Positions 56,934 through 64,000 of a stretch of DNA of 64,000 bases are shown piece after piece. The DNA comes from Sulfuritalea sp. (GTDB lineage: Bacteria > Pseudomonadota > Gammaproteobacteria > Burkholderiales > Rhodocyclaceae): assembly GCF_017302275.1 (NCBI RefSeq), contig NZ_JAFLDR010000016.1:22156-86155 (forward strand). The letters run 5' to 3'. Positions within the stretch are counted from its first letter, which is position 1. Every line of letters begins with the position of its first letter. The notes under the pieces were generated by a model. That model did no database searches. It was not told the DNA's origin and saw only the letters and a program-made list of their open reading frames with translations. The translations under genes and the position numbers were made by a program.

Positions 56934-57788
56934 TCAGGCCAGGAGAAACTCCCGCACCGGAGCGACCTGCCCGGAATCCATCAGCATCGGCGCATGTCCC
57001 ACGCCGGGAACTTCGACCAGGCGGGCACGCGGTCCGCGAAGGCCCATTTCCAGCGCCGCCTCATGGGTCAGCAGGTCCGATGTCGCACCACGCAACAGCA
57101 GCGTCGGACAGGCGATGCCGTCATAGGCCGGCCACAGTTCGATATCTTTGCCGCCGCTGGCGGCCTGCACTTCGCGGAACGCCTGGGCTATGCCCGGATC
57201 ATAGGCAAACTCCACCTTGCCATCGGCCGCGACACGGGTGACGTGCACCGTGAGGTGGCGCCACTGGGCGTCATCGAAGTTGCCGAAACTGGCCGAAACG
57301 AAGCGCACGAAGGCCTCGGCCTGTTCGATGCCGTCGAAGCGCGGCGCGGCGCCGAGGTAGGTGCCGATGCGTTCCAGCGAGGCCGCAGTGATTACCGGGC
57401 CGACATCGTTGAGCACCAGGCGCCGGATCGGTGTTTCCGGCTGGGAAGCGAGCACCATGCCGATCAATCCGCCCATCGAGGTGCCGACCCAATCGACGGT
57501 CTCCGCGCCGAGCTTCGCCAGCAGCGTCGTCATGTCGGCGCAATACTGCGGCAGCGCGTAGAGGGATTTGTTGCGCAGCCAGTCGCTGCGCCCGCGCCCC
57601 ACCACGTCGGGGCATACCACGCGGTAGTCCGCCGCCATCGCCTGCGCCAGGAAATCGAAATCGCGCGAGCAGCGCGACAGACCATGGACGCAGACCAGCA
57701 CCCGGGGATTCGTTGCGTCGCCCCACTCGACATAAGCCATGTGGTGAAAGCCTGCGGCACTCAAACACTTCACTTTTCCTTCACGCAT
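56934..57788 (-). CDS. Alpha/beta fold hydrolase
   Basis: CVHGLSR, DVVGRGRS, GTSMGG, GVGHAP. Confidence 0.88.
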   Translation of the reverse strand: MREGKVKCLSAAGFHHMAYVEWGDATNPRVLVCVHGLSRCSRDFDFLAQAMAADYRVVCPDVVGRGRSDWLRNKSLYALPQYCADMTTLLAKLGAETVDWVGTSMGGLIGMVLASQPETPIRRLVLNDVGPVITAASLERIGTYLGAAPRFDGIEQAEAFVRFVSASFGNFDDAQWRHLTVHVTRVAADGKVEFAYDPGIAQAFREVQAASGGKDIELWPAYDGIACPTLLLRGATSDLLTHEAALEMGLRGPRARLVEVPGVGHAPMLMDSGQVAPVREFLLA

Positions 57789-57925
57789 TTCCATCTTCGC
57801 TTCTCCAATTCCGCGGGCAAAGCCCGCCCTATTTCGTCGCCCCCTTCCCTCGCAAGGGGGATGGGGGGGGACGGTCTTATACAGAGCCCTCGGCAAGGGA
57901 TGAGGGCGATTTACGCTCTCATTCC

Positions 57926-58915
57926 TTACCGGGGCGCCAGCGGAGGCTCCTGCATTATCGCGATCTGCTCGCGCAGTTCGAGTATGCGTTCTTCCCAGTA
58001 ACGATTGGTCGCGAACCAGGGGAATGCCGCCGGAAACGCCGGATCGTTCCAGCGTCGTGCCAGCCAGGCCGAATGATGCATCAGGCGCAGGGTACGCAGC
58101 GCCTCGATCAGGTGAAGTTCGCGGTCGTCGAACTCGCGGAAGGTTTCGTAGCCGGCCAGCACGTTGCCGAACTGGCGGCCCATCTCCTCGGCGTCGCCGG
58201 ATAGCAGCATCCACAAGTCCTGGATCGCGGGCCCCATGCGGGCATCGTCGAAATCCACGAAATGCGGGCCGTCCGGTGTCCATAGCACGTTGCCCGCGTG
58301 GCAGTCGCCATGCAGCCGCAACAACTTCACCTTGCCCGCACGCGCATAGCATTGAGCAACGCCTTCCAGCGCCTGCTCGGCGACGCCCTGCCATACCGAC
58401 TCCAGATCCGGCGGCAGTGCCTGGTTGGCGAGCAGCCAATCCAGCGAGTCCGTGCCGAAACTGTGCAAGTCCAGCATCTCGCGCAACGCGAAATCCTCGC
58501 GTACTCCGACCTGGTGGATGCGCGCCATGAGCCGTCCCATCCATTCCAGGATGGCCGGCTCGGCGAATTCCGGCGCCCGTCCGCCTTGTTTGGGAAAAAC
58601 CGAAAAATGGAAGCCACCATGACTAAACAGCGTCTTGCCACCGATGGCGAGGGGCGCCACCACGGGCAGTTCGTCGGCCAGCATGGCGGCGCAGAAGGCG
58701 TGCTCCTCTTCGATCTGCCCGTCGCTCCAGCGACCTGGACGGTAGAACTTGGCGATCAGCGGACGATCGCCTTCAATGCCGACCTGCCAGACGCGGTTTT
58801 CGTAGCTGTTGAGCGCCATCAGGGCGCCGTCGCAACGGTAACCCACGCTCTCGATCGCGTCGAGAATGCGCTCCGGCGCCAGGCCGGCAAAGGGAATCGT
58901 GTCGGTCGCGCTCAT
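57926..58915 (-). CDS. srkA: Stress response kinase A (RdoA/YihE family Ser/Thr kinase)
   Basis: LNSYENRV, KFYRPGRW, RLHGDCHAGN, DFDD, AIQDLWMLL, AFPAAFPWF. Confidence 0.93.
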   Translation of the reverse strand: MSATDTIPFAGLAPERILDAIESVGYRCDGALMALNSYENRVWQVGIEGDRPLIAKFYRPGRWSDGQIEEEHAFCAAMLADELPVVAPLAIGGKTLFSHGGFHFSVFPKQGGRAPEFAEPAILEWMGRLMARIHQVGVREDFALREMLDLHSFGTDSLDWLLANQALPPDLESVWQGVAEQALEGVAQCYARAGKVKLLRLHGDCHAGNVLWTPDGPHFVDFDDARMGPAIQDLWMLLSGDAEEMGRQFGNVLAGYETFREFDDRELHLIEALRTLRLMHHSAWLARRWNDPAFPAAFPWFATNRYWEERILELREQIAIMQEPPLAPR

Positions 58916-58944
58916 CGCCGTGCCCGGGGAGGTTCAGGCGCGGA

Positions 58945-61329
58945 TTATAGGGTCGGCTGCGAATGCCAGTAGCGACGCCGGAGTTCGCGCTCGTGGCGGA
59001 AGACGACACCGGTTCCGTCAATCGCGATGCCGATCGCACCGTGGGCGTCGGTACGATGCAGGCGTGCGCCGCTTTGCACATAGCGCTCCAGCACATCCTG
59101 CTTCGGGTGGCCGAAGCGGTTGCGATAGCCGACTGGAAAGACCACGTCACGCGCTGCGACGGCGGCAACGAACTCGGGAGTCGATGAAGTGCGACTGCCG
59201 TGGTGCGGCGCCGTCATCACCGACGCCGCCAGCCGGACGCGATTCGTAGCCAGCAGTGCCTGTTCCGAGACCGCCTCGATGTCCGAGGTGAGCAGCATCG
59301 ATCGACCGCCCGCCGTCACCCGCAGCACGCAGCTGAGGTCGTTGCTCTTGCGCGACAGGGTTTGCGCGCCGGGATGCAGCACTTCAAAGCGCACCCCGTC
59401 CCACTCCCATGCATCCCCATCACGACAGGTTTCATGCGCCACCGGCAGCGCCGACAGCGCGTGCTCGAACGGCAGCGAACTCTTGAGCACGGTCACCGGC
59501 AGTGCGGCGATCACGGAGGCGGCGCCGCCCTCGTGGTCCTTGTCGCCATGGCTGATGACCATCGCGTCGAGCCGGCGCACGCCTTGCGCGCGCAGGTAGG
59601 GCGCGATGATGCGGTTGCCGCTGTCGGCATCGGCCGAGTAGGCCGGCCCGGCGTCGAACAGCAGGTCGTGGGTGGCGGTCTGGACATGGATCGCCAACCC
59701 CTGGCCGACGTCGAGCACGGTGACCGCGGCCGCACCGGCCACGGGCCTCGGTGGCAGCAGGGTCAGCAGCGGCAGGAAAGTCAGCAGGCCGAGCCAGCGC
59801 GCCGCGACACCGCGCGGCAGCAGCAGCCAGAGGCTGCCGGCAAGCGCCAGCAGCACGGACCATGGCGGCGGCGCCGCCTGTTGCCAGACAGCGAGCGGCA
59901 GGGCAGCCAGCCAGTCGATGAACAGCATCAGCCAGGCGGTGAGCAGCTGTGCCAACGACAACAGCGGATCGAGCAAGGGCAGGCTGCCCAGCAGGGCCAG
60001 GGGCGTAATGACCAGGCTCACCAATGGAATCGCCAGCGCATTGGCCAGCGGCGAGACCAGCGAAAACTGCTGGAACAGGGCCAGCAGCGCCGGCAGCATC
60101 CCCAGCGTGACGGCCCATTGCGCGCGCCCCCACTCGAGCAGCCAATGTGCAGGTCCCAGGCGCCCGCCGCCGATGTGGAACAGCAGCGCCACCGCGGCGA
60201 AGGAAAGCCAGAAACCGGCCGCCAGCACCGCCAGTGGATCGAGCAGCAGCACCAGCATCAAGGCCAGAGCCAACACCCTCGATGCGGCCACTTCACGGGC
60301 CACCAGGTGCGCCAGCGCGACCACGCCGAGCATGTACAAGGTGCGCTGCGCCGGCACCGCGAAACCCGCCAGCAGGCAATACAGGATCGCCGCCAACAGA
60401 CCGCCCAGCGCTGCCGCATGCTGCGCGGGAAGGCGCAGCGGCAAGCGCGTCGAGCGTCGCCACAGGCAGTTGGTCAACGCATAGGCCAGCGCCGCGAGCA
60501 TGGTCACGTGCAACCCGGAAATGCTCATGAGATGGGTGATTCCGGTGCGGGCGAACGTCTGCCACAAGCCGGCGTCGATCGAGTGCTGGTCGCCGATCGC
60601 GAGCGCGATCAGGATGCCGGCATACGGCGCCTCGGGCAGCGCACTGCGAAACCCGTCACGTATCGCTTCGCGCAGCATCTCGATCGCATACCCGGGCCGC
60701 CATACGCGGGCCTGCAGGCGTTCCGCCGAGCGCGGACGGACGTAACCCGTGGCGCGGATACCGCGCTCGAACAGCCATGCCTCGTAGTCGAATCCGTGCG
60801 GGTTGAGGTTGCCGTGCGGCCGCTTCAGGCGCACCGTGAAGCGCCAGCGCTCGCCGGCCCGCACCGGAATCCGCGGCGTCGCGTCATCGTCCACGTCGTC
60901 GCGACCGCGATACCATGCCAGCGCAACATGCGGCGGCACGCCAGTTGGCGACTGCTCGACATCGAATTCGTAGCGCACGCCGCACTCCAGTTCCTGAGGC
61001 AGTCCGGCGACCACGCCGACCAATTCGATGTCGCGCCCTTCCAGGTCCGGCGCGAGTTCATTTGCCAGGCGCAAGTGGGCATATCCGCACGCCCAGGCGA
61101 AACCGAGGCAGGCGGCCGCTCCGGCAAGCATCGCCAGGCCGACCGGACGCCGTGGCGCCAGCGACCGAAGGAAGTCACCTTGGGGTGCCGACTCATCGAC
61201 GTGCCGACCAAACAAAAAGAGAATCGGCGCAGCAGCGACAAGGCCCGCAAGCCAGCCGACTCCGGGCAATGCGGGTTGCTGCTGCAGCAGCCAGATGCCG
61301 AAGGCAAATGCCAGGACAAAAATGCGCAT
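58945..61329 (-). CDS. comEC: DNA internalization competence protein ComEC/Rec2
   Basis: DUF4131/OB region, HLMSISGLHV, VPAQR, GFWLSF, LDVGQG, SHGDKDHEGG, N..SCVL, LLTSDIE, PHHGS. Confidence 0.95.
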   Translation of the reverse strand: MRIFVLAFAFGIWLLQQQPALPGVGWLAGLVAAAPILFLFGRHVDESAPQGDFLRSLAPRRPVGLAMLAGAAACLGFAWACGYAHLRLANELAPDLEGRDIELVGVVAGLPQELECGVRYEFDVEQSPTGVPPHVALAWYRGRDDVDDDATPRIPVRAGERWRFTVRLKRPHGNLNPHGFDYEAWLFERGIRATGYVRPRSAERLQARVWRPGYAIEMLREAIRDGFRSALPEAPYAGILIALAIGDQHSIDAGLWQTFARTGITHLMSISGLHVTMLAALAYALTNCLWRRSTRLPLRLPAQHAAALGGLLAAILYCLLAGFAVPAQRTLYMLGVVALAHLVAREVAASRVLALALMLVLLLDPLAVLAAGFWLSFAAVALLFHIGGGRLGPAHWLLEWGRAQWAVTLGMLPALLALFQQFSLVSPLANALAIPLVSLVITPLALLGSLPLLDPLLSLAQLLTAWLMLFIDWLAALPLAVWQQAAPPPWSVLLALAGSLWLLLPRGVAARWLGLLTFLPLLTLLPPRPVAGAAAVTVLDVGQGLAIHVQTATHDLLFDAGPAYSADADSGNRIIAPYLRAQGVRRLDAMVISHGDKDHEGGAASVIAALPVTVLKSSLPFEHALSALPVAHETCRDGDAWEWDGVRFEVLHPGAQTLSRKSNDLSCVLRVTAGGRSMLLTSDIEAVSEQALLATNRVRLAASVMTAPHHGSRTSSTPEFVAAVAARDVVFPVGYRNRFGHPKQDVLERYVQSGARLHRTDAHGAIGIAIDGTGVVFRHERELRRRYWHSQPTL
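61150..61196 (-). repeat. Dispersed motif, long form with 24-nt insert, in frame inside comEC
   Basis: ATGAGTCGGCAC[CCCAAGGTGACTTCCTTCGGTCGC]TGGCGCCACGG; encodes ESAPQGDFLRSLAPR between two TM segments. Confidence 0.85.
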
Positions 61330-61409
61330 CCGGCATTATGTCCCCGGCGTGAGCCGGGGACGGTATCCCCGTGATATGTCCCCGGCGTGCGCCAGGAACT
61401 GGCGCCGCA

Positions 61410-62000
61410 TCAGGCGTGCAGTGCGGCGCTGATCTCGGCGAAGTTCTGTGCGATCTCGACGGTTTCCACGGGTTCGCCGAGTTGCAGGGCGATCTGGGAA
61501 CAGGACAACAGGCCGCGCAGCACCTGGTGGCCCTTGTCATCTTCATCCACCACCGCCGCGTGTCGTCGCCCGGTGGCCTTGAGGGTTGCCACGACGTGGC
61601 CGACATGGGCATGCAGCACGTCGTCCATGCTGATCACTTCGAGGCGACTGGCCGGCGTCATGATGTCGCGCACCAGCGCATCGGCGCGGGAAATTCCGCG
61701 GGCGCTGATGCACTGCAAGGTCTTTTCGCCGATCAGGTCGTTCGAGGTGATGATGCCGATGACCACGTTGTCGACATCGACCACCAGCAGCAAATGCACC
61801 TTGCGCCGGCGCATGACGCGTGCCGCCGTATCGACACTGACATCGGGATCGATGGTGAAAGCCGGCACCTTCTGGAAATCGGTCATCACCGCTACCGCCG
61901 CATCGTCGAGGGTTACACGTGGTGGCAGATCCTGGCGAGGCACGTGGAAGCTGGTCTCCGATTGCAGCGCCCGGCGAGGCAGCACGGAATAATTGCGCAT
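61410..62000 (-). CDS. CBS domain pair protein
   Basis: VMTDF, LLLVVD...VIGIITSNDL, VRDIMTP; RBS GAGGAG. Confidence 0.85.
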   Translation of the reverse strand: MRNYSVLPRRALQSETSFHVPRQDLPPRVTLDDAAVAVMTDFQKVPAFTIDPDVSVDTAARVMRRRKVHLLLVVDVDNVVIGIITSNDLIGEKTLQCISARGISRADALVRDIMTPASRLEVISMDDVLHAHVGHVVATLKATGRRHAAVVDEDDKGHQVLRGLLSCSQIALQLGEPVETVEIAQNFAEISAALHA

Positions 62001-62273
62001 GGTGTTTTCTCCTCGATGTGTTGTCGAATCCGCCTCTGCGTGCGGGTGGAGCGGATTCTTCTCCGCAAACCAGCCCACCGTCAAAACCATTTTTTTGATA
62101 TGACCATTGATTCACTCCGAATTCCTGCAGTGCAGCAAGATTCTGCGATACCACCAACCGGGCGGCATCCCTGCCGTGACAACGATATCGTCGCGAACGT
62201 CCTGTACCGCCACCGGAAGAAATGCTGCGCCCCGCCAGTGAGCGATAATCGCCCACTACACTCAGGAGCCGCC

Positions 62274-62972
62274 ATGAACCATGTCTTCCCCCCCGCACCC
62301 ATTCCCGTCGTTCCCGTCGCCGGGAACACCTCCGGCTTTCCCGTGCGCCGCATCTATTGCGTCGGCCGCAACTACGCCGCCCATGCGCGCGAAATGGGTT
62401 CGGATCCGGACCGCGAGCCGCCCTTCTTCTTCTGCAAACCAGCGGATGCGGTGCTACCGGTGGCGCCCGGCGCCACCCGAGAACTCGCCTATCCGAGCGA
62501 AACAGCGAACTACCACCACGAAGTGGAACTGGTAGTGGCGATCGGCAAGGGTGGCCAAACTATCCGGGCCGAGTCGGCCAACGACCACGTCTTCGGCTAT
62601 GCCGTCGGCTTCGACATGACGCGGCGCGACCTGCAGTTCGCCCTGCGCGACAAAGGCCGTCCCTGGGAACTGGGCAAGGCCTTCGACCAGTCGGCGCCGA
62701 TCTCGCCCATCATGCCCGTTGCACGCAGCGGCCATCCGGCGGCCGGACGCGTCTGGCTCACCGTCAATGGCACGCTGAAGCAGGAGGGCGACCTCGCCGA
62801 CCTGATCTGGTCGGTTCCGGAAACCATCGCCCACCTGTCGAAGTACTTCGAACTCTGTCCCGGCGACCTGATCTTCACCGGCACTCCGGAGGGCGTCGGC
62901 CCGGTGGTGCGTGGCGACCGGATGGTCGGCGCGGTGGACGGCATCGGCGAACTCTCGATCCGCGTCGTCTGA
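62274..62972 (+). CDS. Fumarylacetoacetate hydrolase family protein
   Basis: RIYCVGRNYAAHAREM, HHEVELVV, DMTRRD, GKAFD, GDLIFTGTPEGVG; RBS AGGAG. Confidence 0.92.
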   Translation: MNHVFPPAPIPVVPVAGNTSGFPVRRIYCVGRNYAAHAREMGSDPDREPPFFFCKPADAVLPVAPGATRELAYPSETANYHHEVELVVAIGKGGQTIRAESANDHVFGYAVGFDMTRRDLQFALRDKGRPWELGKAFDQSAPISPIMPVARSGHPAAGRVWLTVNGTLKQEGDLADLIWSVPETIAHLSKYFELCPGDLIFTGTPEGVGPVVRGDRMVGAVDGIGELSIRVV

Positions 62973-62999
62973 GGGGAAGCGAGGACTTCCGTCCGGCCC

Positions 63000-63551
63000 A
63001 TGCGTCGCCACATCCGCAAGTACCTGCCCGACCACGAAGCGATCCGCGCCAACCGCTGGCTGGCGCCGTTCGAAAACACCCTGCTGCATCCACGCCTGTG
63101 GGATCTCAACCGCCATTCGGCGGCGGGCGCGGTGGCCGCCGGACTGTTCTGCGGCCTGATTCCGGGGCCCTTGCAGATGCTCGGTGCCGCCATCTGCGCG
63201 GTGGTGTTTCGCGTCAATCTGCCGCTCGCATTGCTGACTACGCTCTACACCAACCCCTTCACCATCGTCCCCTTGTACATCGCCGCCTTCGCCATCGGCC
63301 AGTGGGTCTTGCCCGGTTCCGGACAAAAATTCATCGAGCCGCCCGAAGCGGGCGACGCCGGTTTCGTGGCCTGGTTTCATGCGCTGGTCGACTGGATGGC
63401 CAGCATGGGCGCGCCGCTGGCGCTGGGCCTGCTGCTGCTGGCCTCCGCACTGGCGCTGGCCGGCTACCTGTTGATGCAACTGGCCTGGCGCGCCTACCTG
63501 ATCCATGCCTGGCGCCAACGCAGCCGAAGGCGCGCGGCGCAAGGGCGCTGA
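63000..63551 (+). CDS. DUF2062 family membrane protein
   Basis: LLHPRLW.LNRHS.AGAVA.GLF, NLP, YTNPFT. Confidence 0.88.
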   Translation: MRRHIRKYLPDHEAIRANRWLAPFENTLLHPRLWDLNRHSAAGAVAAGLFCGLIPGPLQMLGAAICAVVFRVNLPLALLTTLYTNPFTIVPLYIAAFAIGQWVLPGSGQKFIEPPEAGDAGFVAWFHALVDWMASMGAPLALGLLLLASALALAGYLLMQLAWRAYLIHAWRQRSRRRAAQGR

Positions 63552-63552
63552 A

Positions 63553-64000
63553 TCAGCCGCGCAGGAAGCCGTCCTCCAGATGCGTCAACCGGTGCGCACG
63601 CGCCGCGAGATCGGTATCGTGTGTCACCAGCACCATCGCCGCGCCGCGCTCCCTGCACAACTCCAGCAGCAGGTCGAATACCGCGTGCGCCGAAGCCCGA
63701 TCGAGGTTGCCGGTCGGCTCATCCGCCAGCAGGCAGGTCGGCGCGGTGACCATGGCGCGTGCCACCGCGACGCGCTGGCGTTCGCCGCCTGAAAGTTCGC
63801 CGGGGCGGTGCGTCAGGCGATGGCCAAGTCCGACGCGTTCCAGCACGGCGCCCGACCGACGCAGCGCCTCGCCGCGATCGATGCGCCGGATCAGCAGCGG
63901 CATCGCGACGTTTTCCAGCGCGGTGAATTCCATCAGCAGGTGATGAAACTGATACACGAAGCCCAGCGCATGGTTGCGCAGCCTGCCACGCTCCGCCTCG
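63553..64000 (-). CDS. lolD: Lipoprotein-releasing ABC transporter ATP-binding subunit, C-terminal part (runs off window)
   Basis: [56 protein letters not shown]. Confidence 0.9.
   Translation of the reverse strand, partial: EAERGRLRNHALGFVYQFHHLLMEFTALENVAMPLLIRRIDRGEALRRSGAVLERVGLGHRLTHRPGELSGGERQRVAVARAMVTAPTCLLADEPTGNLDRASAHAVFDLLLELCRERGAAMVLVTHDTDLAARAHRLTHLEDGFLRG

Noticed and set aside
1985-61196. CRISPR interpretation of the recurring 23/47-bp repeats
   Set aside because: Copies are kilobases apart, on both strands and inside genes; there are no regular spacers and no cas genes
900-62700. Core-only hits of the dispersed motif (e.g. ~903, ~13372, ~22957, ~29630, ~39996, ~49028, ~62688)
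   Set aside because: Only the 9-12 bp GC-rich core matches, without the YGG...ACGG tail; compatible with chance, so not counted
9-63957. Many long overlapping ORFs in the track (e.g. 9-1037, 16047-18410, 31501-33408, 40091-42544, 59200-61374)
   Set aside because: Antisense or alternative-frame shadows of recognisable genes, expected in high-GC DNA with few stop codons

Overview
GC-rich bacterial chromosomal window. The gene content and order (petABC-sspAB, ffs-dnaX-ybaB-recR, lolD/comEC, PEP-CTERM, tungsten AOR operon) suggest a betaproteobacterium of the Rhodocyclales/Sterolibacteriaceae type; this placement is inference. About 57 CDS were called, plus tRNA-Arg(CCT) and the SRP RNA. No CRISPR array, IS transposase, integrase or rRNA was seen. 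Accessory blocks are: a type I R-M edge (hsdM, yhcG/DUF1016); an AraC-controlled TPP-enzyme catabolic operon; a co-oriented run joining a bufferin-type MNIO RiPP cluster to two VTT/DedA proteins, a flavin disulfide reductase, DUF547 and an FAD-oxidoreductase::SelD fusion; a foreign-looking secreted SGNH protein; a 36-aa-repeat coiled-coil plus GAF-GAF-PAS adenylate cyclase pair next to the tRNA; and an aorABCDE-like tungsten aldehyde oxidoreductase operon. The strongest unexplained signal is a non-genic one. A dispersed ~23-bp motif (consensus RRNAGTCGGCGCYGGCRRNACGG) occurs 14 times in 64 kb, on both strands, in intergenic DNA and inside unrelated conserved genes in different reading frames, resembling a DNA-uptake sequence or protein-binding site. 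Four copies carry the same 24-nt frame-preserving insert at exactly the same position. Start codons were chosen by eye and product calls come from motif recognition only; no database searches were run.
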